Shown piece after piece: positions 20,408-31,900 of a stretch of 64,000 bases of DNA. Made by a program: the position numbers and the translations under genes. How positions within the stretch are numbered: position 1 is the first letter of the stretch; the number at the start of each line of letters is the position of its first letter. The stretch is taken from positions 25,916,001 to 25,980,000 of the forward strand of contig CATNEN010000001.1 in NCBI GenBank assembly GCA_950097015.1. Reading direction: 5' to 3'. The stretch is from Macrostomum hystrix. Lineage: Eukaryota; Animalia; Platyhelminthes. The notes under the pieces are model-generated. The model saw nothing but the letters and a program-made list of their open reading frames with translations. It was not told where the DNA came from and searched no databases.

Positions 20408-23400
20408 GTCGGGAGGGTCGGCCTCCCGGAGCGCGCTTGCGCGCTCCCCATGGCTGCCGCCTTCACGCGGCGGGACCGTCCGGGTTCGCCCGGCCAAGTG
20501 CAGCCACCACCCCGGACCCGTGCGAGGGTCTTCGAGCGCCCCGGGTTTTTCCACGCTGAGCCAGGCCTCCCAGCTCACCTGACTCAGCTGCTTCTCAGAG
20601 CTGGTGACGTCGAGCCCAACCCTGGGCCGGCCTCCCTGTGCGGAGGCTGTGCCGAGGAGGTAGCCAGGGGCTACTCCACCTGCTGCTCCAGCTGCGGCCT
20701 GTGGTGGCATCGCCGCTGTTCCCGCCTCGCTATCGCGGCCATCAACCGGCTCCACCGGGACAAAGCGCCGTGGCACTGCCCCGCCTGTGCCCCCCAGCCT
20801 GCCGCCTCAGCGCCACAGCCTGCCACGACTCCGGCCCCCTCCGCGGCTGCAGGCCCCTCGGGCACCCACCAGACGCCAACGGCTACGACTCCACCTCCCC
20901 CGAACCCCGCGCCGGCACCCCCGCCCCCCCTGATGGCGAAACCAGCGCGAGCGGGGGCGCCGAACAACAGCGGGGCGGTTTTCCGTATCGTCCAGCTCAA
21001 CGCGGCAGGGCTCCGCTCCCGCAAGCTGGAACTGCTCCACTTCCTGGAGATGCAGGGCGCCGACGTCGCCTGCATCCAGGAGACGAACCTGTCCGGCAAC
21101 ACAGCGGCCCCACGCTTCAAAGGGTGGCAGATCGCTGGCCGGAAGGACCGCAACATTGGCCGCGACGGGGAGGCAGCCAGAACCCACCACGGGGGCGTCT
21201 GCTTCCTTGTCAAGGAGGGTATTCAATTCGCCGACCTTCCACTAGGCGAGCTCGTCACCCACGCCACGTCAGCCGAAGCCTCGGGCCTCCGCATCCACGA
21301 CCCCCGGCTACCGCGCCCCCTGGATGTGATCAACATCTACCTCCCGCCGGTCCGCGCCGCAGATGGTCGCACGGACGACTTCGAGCCCGACTGGATCCCC
21401 GTTTCACGGGACTCGTTGGTGCTGGGCGACTTCAACGCCCACCACGGGATGTGGGACGCCTCGGCGGACGACGACGAGCTGGGTAGGGCCCTCGAAGACT
21501 GGGCGACGACCTACGACCTGGTCGCTCTGAACGACGGCTCCCCAACTAGGATCAGCCCCCGCGGCCTGCCGAGCTCCCCTGACGTCTCCTTCGCCCACGC
21601 CTCCTGGCAAGACCGGATCGAGTGGCGAACCGGGGAGCACATCGGCTCAGACCACCTGCCGATCATCATCGACCTCGCAGCCTCCGGCCCGGCCCGCTCC
21701 AGCACCAAGCGCCTGACGCGGTACGCCTACCACAAGGCGGACTGGGACCTGTTCCAGCGGTCCCTCGACCAGGCCCTGGCCAGCTGGCCGAAGCGCCCCC
21801 CACGCACGGTGCCCGCCGCCGCCAGCAGGTTCGCGTCCGCCGTCACCAGCGCCGCCAAGGCGGCCATCCCGAGAGGCTGCCGGCGCGCCCCGATCGCCTG
21901 GTGGTGCCCGGAAGCCGAGGCGGCTTGCACCGCCCGCCGCGCAGCGCTCGAAGCGCTTCGCGCGAGCCCGGACGACCCGGCGCTCTCGGCCGCGTACCAG
22001 GCTGCTGCCGCCGCGGCTGCTCACGCCATCCTCCGCGCCAAGGAGTCGCTGTGGCGCGATTTCATCACCGACCCGGGGCAAGACCTGTGTTCCGCCGACC
22101 TCTGGCGGATCATCCGGGCCCTCGACGGCCGGTCCCAGGGGACACCCTCGTCGGCTGCCATCCAGGGCTCCTCGGGGGCATCGGCCGTCTCCGACCAACA
22201 GAAGGCCGCGCTTTTCTGCCGGGAGTACGCCGCCGTCAGCAGGCTCCCCAAGAACAAGGCGGAAGACCGGCCGGTTATCCAAGAAGCCCGTCACACGCTC
22301 CGCGCCCCCTGCAGCTGTCAAGGCCTCCGCAGCGGCCCCTGCTCCGACTTCCAGCCCGACGCCCTCCGCCGCGCCTTGGGGCGCCTGCCGGACCGCTCGG
22401 CCCCGGGACCGGACGGGGTCGCGAACATCATGCTGAAGCATCTGTCCGACCTCGGGCTCCGCTGCCTCCTGGACCTCCTGAACCTCTCGTGGAGGACGGG
22501 GGAGGTGCCCGCCCCGTGGCGCCTTGCGGAGATCCGCCCGATCCCCAAGTCGGACAAGCCAGCCGGCCTGACATCCAGCTTCCGCCCTATCAGCCTCCTC
22601 AGCTGCCTGGGCAAGCTCGCCGAGAAGATGGTGAACGAGCGGCTGTCCTACATCCTCGAGGCAAGCAACGCCCTCCACCCGTCGCAAGCCGGTTTCCGTC
22701 AGGGCCGCTCCACGGAGGAGCACATCGCCGCGGCGGCTCAGTACATCTTTGACGGATTCCAGGCCAAGAAGCCGGCCTCCCGCACCGCTCTGCTGCTTGC
22801 AGACTTCTCCAGAGCCTACGACCGCGTCTGGAAAGCGGCCCTCATCGTTAAGCTCGGTCGGAAGGGGATCCCCACGTGCCTCATCCGCTGGCTCAAGGGA
22901 CTTCTCTCCGACAGGAGGGCCTTCGTGCGGTGGGTTGGTGCGGCCTGCAAGCAAATCGTGTTCTCCGAGGGGCTGCCGCAGGGGTCGGTCCTCGCCCCGA
23001 TCCTGTGGGTGATCTACATGGACGATCTCTTGGACGGCGCCCCCAAGAATTGCCTCACGCTGGCGTACGCCGACGACAGCACCTTCGGCGCGCAAGGGAC
23101 CACCCCTCGGGATTGTGAGCGGGCCCTGCAACCGGCGGCCGACTGGCTCGTGCGCTGGTCCCAAACCTGGAAGGTGGACCTGAGCCGCACCAAGTCGGTC
23201 GTCGCGTTCTTCTCGCTCGACCCCCGGGAGGTCAACGGAAAGGTTCAGCCGCGCATCCTCCTCGGCGACACGCCAGCCCCGTTCGAGCTGCACCCGAGGC
23301 TCCTGGGAGTGCATCTCGACTCCCAGCTGACCTTCCGCCACCACGCCAAGCTCCAGCGCCGCGCCCTCCAGCAGCGCACCGGCGTCCTCCGCTGCCTCGC

Positions 23401-24843
23401 GGGCCGCGACTGGGGCCAGGACAGCCAGCGCCTCGCCCAGCTCTACCGCACCTACGCGGAGGCGGCCGCGCTCCACGGCGCCTCCACGTGGCTTACTTTC
23501 GCGTCCGACTCCTGCCGGGACGAAGTCGAGATTGCGCATCGATCGGCCGCTCGCGTCATCACTGGCTGCTGCCGCTCGACCGCCATTGGCGCCCTCATGG
23601 CCGAGGCCGACCTCGTGCCCCTGGCGACCAGAGCGGAGGCGGAAGGCGCAGCCCTGTTCGAGCGAGCCCTCCGTCACCGTCAACCGACTCCGCTCCGCGC
23701 TGCAGCGGGCAAGACCTCGACGCCCCGCTTGCGCGCTCACGGGGATCCTGGGGCCTTCCGCAGGAACTGGCGCGACTCGGCGCAGCACCTGAGCGCCGCC
23801 GCCGGCCTGGCCCCCCTCCCCCGGGAGCAGGAGAACCTCCCTCCGCCGCCATGGTCCGACACCAGCCGGGTCAACATCCGCTGCGACCTCCTGACCGCGA
23901 CCTCCCGGGAGGACGCGCCCCACGTCAGAAAGCAGGCCGCGCTGGAGACGCTGGCGAGCCTCCCGCCCGCCGACCTGGAGCTCTGGACAGACGGTTCAGC
24001 CTCCGGGGGCACCCTCAACGGCGGAGCGGGGGCGGTCATCTTCAGCAGGACCGCGCCGCCAGTCCACCTGTCGCAGGCTGCGGGCCGCTACTCGTCCTCC
24101 TTCCGTGCCGAGGAGTCGGCGCTCCGGTTGGGGCTTCAGCACGTCGCCTCCAGGCCGGACCTCGCCTCCCTGAGCGGCCTCCGCTGCCTGACGGACTCGC
24201 AGTCCCTGCTCCGAGCCCTCGAGAAGGGACCGTCCAGGTCCTCCTCGCCAGCGTGCCGGGAGATCTGGATGCTGCTGACCCACATTGCCGCCCGCTTCCA
24301 AATTTGGCTGCAATGGGTCCCCAGCCACTGCGACCTCCGGCGGAACGATGCCGCGGACGCCACCGCCAGGACCGCGGCCGGCCTCCCCCAGGACGAGACG
24401 CCGATCGACTTCGGGTCAGCGCGGGCCGCCCTCCGCCGGGTCCTCGCCGAGCGCACCCGCGAAGCCTACGCGGCCGACCCGCACTGCGCCACCCACCGTC
24501 TGGCAACCGCCACCGCCGCCCCGCGGCCATGCCTAAACCGGGCCGACGCGGTGACCCTCGCCCAGCTGCGCACGGGCCACTCACCGCTCCTGCGCTGGTA
24601 TCGGCACCGGATCGGCCTGGACACCGCCGCCACCTGCCCCCGCTGCGGGGCCGCCGACGAAGACGTGGCCCACGTTTTCCTGCACTGCCGGGCCCTTGAC
24701 GACCTTCGGGCCCGCATCCTTGGACCAAACCCGTCCCTGGCCGTCCTCTCGACGGATGGCCCCCGCGCGCTCGAATTCCTCCACACGGTAGGGGCGCAGA
24801 CACGCCCCCCGGATCCTACCGGCCGGGAGTAACAACAACAACA
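20408..24843 (+). mobile_element. Ingi-like (I group) non-LTR retrotransposon with (CAA)n tail and 14-bp TSD ACCTAGCGAGTCGG (20394-20407 / 24844-24857)
   Basis: Single long ORF, simple-repeat tail directly after the stop, identical flanking duplication. Confidence 0.9.
20450..24832 (+). CDS. LINE polyprotein, 1460 aa: 2A-like peptide, PHD finger, AP endonuclease, reverse transcriptase, RNase H, Zn finger
   Basis: LLLRAGDVEPNPGP; C..C...C..C..WWH..C...WHCPAC; IVQLN, CIQET, LGDFNAH, GSDHLP; FRPISLLS, QAGFR, GLPQGSVLAP, AYADD; WTDGS, LTDSQS, WVPSH, NDAAD; CPRC...HVFLHC. Confidence 0.95.
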   Translation: MAAAFTRRDRPGSPGQVQPPPRTRARVFERPGFFHAEPGLPAHLTQLLLRAGDVEPNPGPASLCGGCAEEVARGYSTCCSSCGLWWHRRCSRLAIAAINRLHRDKAPWHCPACAPQPAASAPQPATTPAPSAAAGPSGTHQTPTATTPPPPNPAPAPPPPLMAKPARAGAPNNSGAVFRIVQLNAAGLRSRKLELLHFLEMQGADVACIQETNLSGNTAAPRFKGWQIAGRKDRNIGRDGEAARTHHGGVCFLVKEGIQFADLPLGELVTHATSAEASGLRIHDPRLPRPLDVINIYLPPVRAADGRTDDFEPDWIPVSRDSLVLGDFNAHHGMWDASADDDELGRALEDWATTYDLVALNDGSPTRISPRGLPSSPDVSFAHASWQDRIEWRTGEHIGSDHLPIIIDLAASGPARSSTKRLTRYAYHKADWDLFQRSLDQALASWPKRPPRTVPAAASRFASAVTSAAKAAIPRGCRRAPIAWWCPEAEAACTARRAALEALRASPDDPALSAAYQAAAAAAAHAILRAKESLWRDFITDPGQDLCSADLWRIIRALDGRSQGTPSSAAIQGSSGASAVSDQQKAALFCREYAAVSRLPKNKAEDRPVIQEARHTLRAPCSCQGLRSGPCSDFQPDALRRALGRLPDRSAPGPDGVANIMLKHLSDLGLRCLLDLLNLSWRTGEVPAPWRLAEIRPIPKSDKPAGLTSSFRPISLLSCLGKLAEKMVNERLSYILEASNALHPSQAGFRQGRSTEEHIAAAAQYIFDGFQAKKPASRTALLLADFSRAYDRVWKAALIVKLGRKGIPTCLIRWLKGLLSDRRAFVRWVGAACKQIVFSEGLPQGSVLAPILWVIYMDDLLDGAPKNCLTLAYADDSTFGAQGTTPRDCERALQPAADWLVRWSQTWKVDLSRTKSVVAFFSLDPREVNGKVQPRILLGDTPAPFELHPRLLGVHLDSQLTFRHHAKLQRRALQQRTGVLRCLAGRDWGQDSQRLAQLYRTYAEAAALHGASTWLTFASDSCRDEVEIAHRSAARVITGCCRSTAIGALMAEADLVPLATRAEAEGAALFERALRHRQPTPLRAAAGKTSTPRLRAHGDPGAFRRNWRDSAQHLSAAAGLAPLPREQENLPPPPWSDTSRVNIRCDLLTATSREDAPHVRKQAALETLASLPPADLELWTDGSASGGTLNGGAGAVIFSRTAPPVHLSQAAGRYSSSFRAEESALRLGLQHVASRPDLASLSGLRCLTDSQSLLRALEKGPSRSSSPACREIWMLLTHIAARFQIWLQWVPSHCDLRRNDAADATARTAAGLPQDETPIDFGSARAALRRVLAERTREAYAADPHCATHRLATATAAPRPCLNRADAVTLAQLRTGHSPLLRWYRHRIGLDTAATCPRCGAADEDVAHVFLHCRALDDLRARILGPNPSLAVLSTDGPRALEFLHTVGAQTRPPDPTGRE

Positions 24844-25839
24844 ACCTAGCGAGTCGGCTGGCTGGGCCATGGAGCTCTGAGTCTAGAAACTGGAGAGACA
24901 ACTCCCCGCCAAACCCCCCATTTCCCGGACCAGTATGGGCTGACTGGCTGTCCCGAAAATATAGGAAATTCTGATTCACTACTTGAAGAAAAACACTGAT
25001 AACTTCCGCATCGTACAACAGAATTTCAAAATGTTTCATAGTGTTATTAGAAAGCTTAATAAATTCTCCATTTTTTAGGTGAAGCTTGTGCGTCTACCTG
25101 TTTAATCTGGTGAGCCGTGCTTAAATTAAGTTTAAAGAAGACGAAAATTGTAATCTTTTAGATAAAAATTCGCAAAGTTGTACTGCCGAAAATTTTCATA
25201 TTTTTTGCCATTTCAAAAAGTTTATTAGTTCATTCGATAGGAATGGATGTTTTCTACAACTTAAGCTATATTTCGCTAAAATCTGGCAATTAATAAAAAT
25301 GTTTCTGCAAAACAACTTTTTAAGGTCGTGCACTGCTAAGTGTAAATTTTTGTCTTCCGTAACTTTATTTAAGCACAGCTCAGTAGCTAAAACTGCAGGT
25401 AGGTGTACAAGCTTCAGCTGAAATGTGGACAATTTATTCAGCTTTCTAATATTAATGAAACAAACTTTTTGGGGTTTGGCCGGGGGTGTCTCTCCAGTTT
25501 CTACTCGTAGATTCAGAGCTCAATGGCTGGGCGCACAAAGCCCACCTCAAGTAGACTAAGGTTCAGGGGTTTGGAGTGCAGCTGCACTAAGCGCTGGCGG
25601 GTCGCGTATTGTCTGGCCGCGACACGCGATCAATTTTCATTCTTACAGAACGAATAAAAGCAAAAAATTCAATTTTATATTTTGCCTTGTCGAAGTTTTC
25701 CCGATGGTTCTCTGGGATCTCCTGATTTGGATTTTGTAAAAATTTGGACTATTCATTAAAGCTCCGAACCTACCAGTCTACTGGAGTATGTGCAGTGTTC
25801 TAGCAATAAAACAGCAAAGAAACAGTTGATCCATTATTT

Positions 25840-26245
25840 CAGGGGTTGGCAAACTCCGGCCCACGGGTTAGATGCGGCCCTCATAGCTCCCAAATCCGGC
25901 CCGTTGCCCCTTCCGACACCTATAGTAACCTGTTTCATCTTTCCCCTGTCTCATCTCCCCCGTGTGTCACCTCTCCCGTGTGTCCGTGTCTCGTCTCTCC
26001 CGTGTCTTATCTCTCCTTTGTCTCACCTCTCCCGTGTCTCATATCTCCTTTGTGTCATCTCTCCCGTGTCTCATTTCTCCCGAGTCTCATCTCTCCCGTG
26101 CCTCATCTTTCCCCTGCCTCATCTCTCCTCTGTCTCATCTCTCCCCTATGATATATTTATCTTATATTTCTACAGTCAATGCGGCCCGCTGTCGTCTTTT
26201 AGGTTATCTTCTTGGCCCGCTAGCTAATAAGTTTGCTGACCCCTG
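25840..26245. mobile_element. hAT-type MITE with an internal 16-bp pyrimidine-rich minisatellite
   Basis: TIRs CAGGGGTTGGCAAACT / AGTTTGCTGACCCCTG; degenerate 8-bp TSD CATTATTT / CCTTATTC. Confidence 0.8.
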
Positions 26246-26289
26246 CCTTATTCGAACAGTTTTCCTTGAAATGAGCTGGAAATGTTCCC

Positions 26290-27090
26290 GTAGAGATGGT
26301 AGGAGTGGGTGAGATGGGGCATGCAGCTCTGAATCTACGAGTAGAAACTGCAGAGATAACTCCCCATCAAACCCTTCGCTTTCCGGACCAGTGTAGGCTG
26401 ACTGGCTGTCACTAAAATACACTGGGTAGATAGGAAATTCATATGCTTAACAAGGAAACTCACAGGTTACTTGCGTACAGTACAACACATTTTCTCAATG
26501 TTTATTTTATTATAAAGATTAATAAATGAAGCTGAAGCTGTGTGTCTGACTGTTTTAACTAATTAGCCGTGCTCAAATAAAGTTTAAGAATGACAAATCT
26601 CTCAGACCTAAATCCAAAAAGTTGTAATGCAGTAAAGTAAATGCTATTTTTCGCCTTTTTGAAAATTTTTGTTTTTCATTCGATAGGTATGATGTTTTCT
26701 AGGATTAGAGCTACATTGCGTTAATATCGGGAAATTAATTTCTTTTCTGAGGTTCTGCACTACTTAATGACATTCTTTTCATTTCTAAAACTTCCTTTCA
26801 GTACATTTCACTTGCTGAAACATTTCCACACACAATTTTCACACGCACAAAAGCCGGAACACAAGCTTCAGCTAATATGAAGCGAGTTTATACCGCTTTC
26901 TAATGCAGCAAAGGCTTTGAAAATATGTTGCAGTCTTCCAAGTTGCGATCCGAATTCCCTATCCGCCCATTGTATTCTCGTGGGCAACCTGTCAGCCAGT
27001 CAGCCAACACTCGTCCGGAAAACTGAGGTTTGTCTCAATACAGTTTCTAGTTTCAGAGCTCCATGGATACGTCTTGCGTCGGCTCCTAGT
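26290..27090. mobile_element. MITE-like DNA element, copy B (same family as 20068-25540)
   Basis: Left arm ...TTCCGGACCAGTGTAGGCTGACTGGCTG mirrored by CAGCCAGTCAGCCAACACTCGTCCGGAA at 26993-27020. Confidence 0.6.
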
Positions 27091-27125
27091 AAGAGAAACA
27101 AATTTAAAGCCTTCATACGCTCGTG

Positions 27126-27530
27126 CCTACCATTGTACCTACCATTGTACCTACCATTGTACCTACCACCTACCATTGTACCTACCATTGTACCTACCAT
27201 TGTACCTACCACCTACCATTGTACCTATCATTGTACCTACCATTGTACCTACCATTGTACCTACCATTGTACCTACCATTGTACCTACCATTGTACCTAC
27301 CATTATACCTACCATTATACCTACCATTGTACCTACCACCTACCATTGTACCTACCATTGTACCTACCATTGTACCTACCACCTACCATTGTACCTACCA
27401 TTGTACCTACCATTGTACCTATCATTGTACCTACCATTGTACCTACCATTGTACCTACCATTGTACCTACCATTGTACCTATCATTGTACCTACCATTTT
27501 ACCTACCATTGTACCTACCATTGTACCTAC
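27126..27530. repeat. 12-bp minisatellite (CCATTGTACCTA)
   Basis: Tandem array. Confidence 0.95.
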
Positions 27531-28176
27531 GTACAATATCATCGCGAATCAAGCAAGATTCTACTTACATCCCTTTTTAGTTTAGTTTAGCTACTGATAA
27601 TGCATTTAGGTGTGACTGCCTTCTGCTCTCTCTGAGCGAGGGGCAATTAAGGCTTATGACATGCACGTCAGGCAGCAAGAGAAGAGGCTGGAAGCACTGT
27701 GCCATTCCGGATGTTTGACTTCCAGTTTCCGTTTCCAGTTGCATTAGACATGAAATGATGCATGCAGCAAGCATTTTAGGCAACAGGTGCTTTGGGATTT
27801 GCTGAGCAAACAAAAAAGAAGTTTTATTTTTTGCTTGTTTGCTACGAATTTTTTTTGGACTCATTCCATTGAGGGGCTGGTTTTTGGATTTGCAGTTTCT
27901 TAATTATCTAATATTAAAAATTAGCTAGAGGTATATTCAGGATTGAGAAGTCAGTGCACTTTTATTGCATGACAAGAATCGCCAGTATAAAGGATTACAT
28001 AAGACGAGGAATAAAGACCTAGTACATAGGAAAAACAATAAGGCCATTGCGAAAAAAATACATTCGTTTGGCATTAATCGGCCTCTCCGCACTACCCTGG
28101 CACTGCCTTTTATCCGAGATTTTTTGAGATATCGGACATTAAGTACCAAATGTTTCTGCTTCACGGCCGTGCAGAC

Positions 28177-28885
28177 TCAGCCACGCAGGTAGTAGTCTCC
28201 AGCTGAGCTGCTCAGACTAGCAGGCGGGTAGGCGAACCTGAGCAGGTGGCACACCTGCTGCTGGCCTGAGAAGATCACAGCCTGACAGTCGGCAGCCTTG
28301 GCCTCGCACTGAAACAGGCAGTCGAGCTCGACCAAGGCCGGGACCGCCCAGAATGTCTGCCGAATGGTCTCCACATTCTTTGATGGCCTTGGCGCTGTCT
28401 TAAAACAGTGTTTCACTGAAACGAATGCAGAAAGGCGTTTAAAGGGATGTTTGATTTGATCACAATAACGGAAACTCACAGGGGTAGGTGAGGGCGAACA
28501 CGGAGTTCCTCCAGGCTGCTCCGCACTTCTGCAGCGGGTTTCCAGTGCACATCATGTTGCAGTCACTGTCACCAGCTCTTCCGTACGAGCCGAATGAGTT
28601 GCCGCACAGGCAGTTCGATCCGTACTGCACACCGAAGTAGGGGAAGCCACCCAGTGAGCAGACGCTGCTGCAGAACTCGTGCGAGTTGCTGGCTGAATCG
28701 ATGCGGCTTACTTCCATGACTTTGAGACCACCGATTCTGATGACGCCACTCAGTCCGTTCAGGTCCCTGACGGAGTTGTCAACGAAGCAGCCGATATAGG
28801 AGAACTCAACTGTCCTGGCAGCCACACAGAACAGGAATGCAGCGGAGACTGCGCCAGTACAGATGACGCCCTTTTTGAAAAACAT
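28177..28885 (-). CDS. Secreted WSC + PAN/Apple-like protein, paralogue 4; exons 28885-28480, 28415-28177
   Basis: Same architecture; frame open across a phase-1 intron. Confidence 0.85.
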
Positions 28886-30396
28886 TTCAGCGCTTCTCTG
28901 AAATAAGGTATAAATGCTTCTCCTTGGAGCTTTCTCTCTCCGCGCGAATGAAAAAATGTGTTTTAAATACAGGTGCTTTTCGTCTGAAGCTTCAATCAGT
29001 CTCGGTGTTTCGAGTCAGTATTAGCCCCTTCTCACTATGCCAAGGGTTAAACACATGCACGGGGCTTGTTGACCGAAGCAGAACAGCCTTAACAGATAAA
29101 AAGGCAAAGCCATTTCCCACGTAAGGGGGAGACCACGGGGAATTTGAAATACACCCAAACCGAATGACCGTTTTTCGTGAAAGTTTAACAGTTTAATCAA
29201 AATTTCAAGTTTCAAATTTTCAAATTAAGACTAATTTTCAAATCGGTCCGACTTCAGCATCGTCGTCGAGATTTTCAGCGATTCTAGGTGACAAGGCCAG
29301 ACAACATTGCTACGTAAACGTCTATGGCGAATTTACGAGTCAAAAAATTAATAACAATATAATCAATACAATATAACAAAAATTTTGGATTAAATTTTGT
29401 GAGCAGAACAATCATGATGTTGGTAGTTTTTCATTAGAAAATCGTTTATATCTTAATGATGTTTTGTGATTCTGAAAGTTATTTTACCGGAGCGGAAAAT
29501 TTTAGCCCACGTTCTGGATTTTCATTGCGATTGGATATCTTGGTTATTGATCATTGATTCTTGATATCCGCTGGAATATTGAGGGGCAGCTAAGAACCTA
29601 GAGCTCAGCTGTGACGGCCACATAAAACACATGCAACCGAACCAAGCGATACAATCGAGGAGCGGCTACCTGTCTCAAACTCAATACCAGTACTTTTAGT
29701 AGTAAGTAGAGCAAAGTCGATAAGCCATACAAAAAATATTTCGTATAAAACATTTAACGTTAAAGAGAGATTATCCAAGAATTCGATTAAATGAAAGGAG
29801 CATTCAATTTCCTGTACAGTAGGTTGGGAGGGTGAGCGCCACTGTTGCTTCCTGGTAAGTGAAGCAAACAGACGAGGCTTGCCAGCCTACGGTCGCAGTA
29901 ATTTACCTTTTACTAAAGGGAACTCGAAAGTAGCCAACTTTTATCTAGCTGGAACTTAACTCTGAAAATGCTTTGAGATGTGACTGCCTTCTGTTTGCTC
30001 TGGGTGGGGGCGGAGAAGCATCGGAAGAGCTCATCCCTGGCTCCTGTACTTTAGTCTTAATGGCCGTTCGAGCCTTTTCTTCTAGCCGAGTGCATTGCAT
30101 GCAGGGACCGCCAAAGATGAGATTTAGCATAGCAACTTCCATTTCCTCCTTTTGCTTGCAATCAGTCAGGTCTCAATGAAGTCTATGCTTTTCAAAAATT
30201 GGCTTGACATTGAATAAAACGCTTTGTTGTGAACCGCACCTTAACTTCTGAAAAGTGTGTTTCCAATATCGCAATATATTTCGTGAGAGAAATGTTTTTT
30301 AGAAGGACACTAGCCTTTTTTCAGAAGCTTTCAAGCGTAGCAATTGCTTAAATGTTAACCTATGAGAAAATCAACGAGTTCCATTTCAAGGTACAC

Positions 30397-31121
30397 TCAG
30401 ACTCGCTGGTAGTAGTCTCCAGCAGAGCTGCTCAGAGTGGCGGGCGGGAAGGCGAACCTGAACAGGTGGCACAGCTGCTGCTGGCCTGAGAAGATCACAG
30501 CCTGACAGTCGGCAGCCTTGGCATCGCACTCAAACAGGCAGTCGATTGCACTGGCCTTGAAGAGAGTCCACCTCATCGGCTGAGCAGTCTCCACCGTCAT
30601 ATTGGGCATCAGAGACAGCTTAAAAAAGCTTTTCGCTGAAGCAAATGAGATGCAGCGTTTCAGCGAGGGGCTTATGGGCTCATACGATCAAATATCACGA
30701 TCTAAAGGCAAGGCGACTCACAGGGGTAGGTGAGGGCGAACACGGAGTTCCTCCAGGCTGCTCCGCACTTCTGCAGCGGGTTTCCAGTGCACATCATGTT
30801 GCAGTCACTGTCACCAGCTCTTCCGTACGAGCCGAATGAGTTGCCACACCAGCAATTCAATCTGAACTGCACACCGAAGTAGGGGAAGCCGCCCAGTGAG
30901 CAGACGCTGCTGCAGAACTCGTGCGAGTTGCTGGCTGAATTGATGCGGCTAGCTTGGACTTCCAGCCCACCGATTCTGATGACGCCACTCAGTCCGTTCA
31001 GGTCCCTGTCAGGGTTGTCAACGAAGCAGCCGATATAGGAGAACTCAACATTTCTGGCAGCCACACAGAACAGGAATGCAGCTGTGACTGCGCCAGTGAG
31101 AATGCCCTGCTTGCGAAACAT
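30397..31121 (-). CDS. Secreted WSC + PAN/Apple-like protein, paralogue 5; exons 31121-30722, 30635-30397
   Basis: ATG at 31121 (MFRKQG) matches paralogues 1 and 3; frame open. Confidence 0.85.
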
Positions 31122-31900
31122 TTCAGCACTTGCGAAATGAATGCGAAAATCGTAAAAGCTTCTCACGGATTTTACTGTCTCTATGCGAGTTCAGATTTTC
31201 GCTCAATCAAAGCTTTTAACTAGGATTGTCACAGCAGCTAGATGCATTAAGCTGTTATCATTAAAATTTTTGCTAGTTTTCTTGCCTCAGGTTTGCATAC
31301 TACTGAAGGATGCGCAGGATTTTTTCCGAGAAATATTCTTTTAAAAGCCCAGGAAAACAGATCATCCGACAGACGTTGGGACAAACCTTTCTTTGAAAGT
31401 TGCAAATGTCAATTTGAAAAATGGACTTTTTGAATACCTTTTTAATTTTAAGCATTGAAATGTCAAAGAAATAATGAGTTTAGATGTTACCATCGCCGCC
31501 CTTTGTTCTGCCGTGCGTCTGTTACTTAAGCTTTTACCAGGTACCTTTTGTAAGACTTCTAAAATGCTTTGACGTCTTAACTTAAATAAAACCTAGCTGG
31601 TAAATTCAGATTTCCAAACTTTAGCCTCATGCTAGCCAATAAAAATTATCAGCTGATCTTTCACAGATATATTTTACATAGATTTCATATCTTGGACATA
31701 TTTTCCTGCTTCATGCTTGCAGTAGCATGCGAAGCCAATTCGACAAAATGACAGGAGAGCAAATTGGGGAAGAAAATGTTGAAGAAACGTACTTATTTGG
31801 AGGGTACAAGAAGTCTGACAAGGCAAACTGCCCTTGCACTCGTGTTGCCCCGCCAGAGCTAGTTTTCTAAAAACGAACTCGACTTGCTCCCACAGCTGCC

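Larger units (their letters stand above)
20068..25540. mobile_element. MITE-like DNA element, copy A, with long subterminal inverted repeats; interrupted by the LINE
   Basis: The left arm GAGCTCTGAATCTAGAAACTGGAGAGACAACTCCCCGCCAAACCCC is mirrored at 25471-25525; interior 24925-25450 resembles 26385-26910. Confidence 0.6.

Noticed and set aside
20638-24803. Long alternative-frame and antisense ORFs (282, 376, 758, 403 aa) inside the LINE
   Set aside because: Expected shadows of very GC-rich coding DNA; no recognisable motifs.
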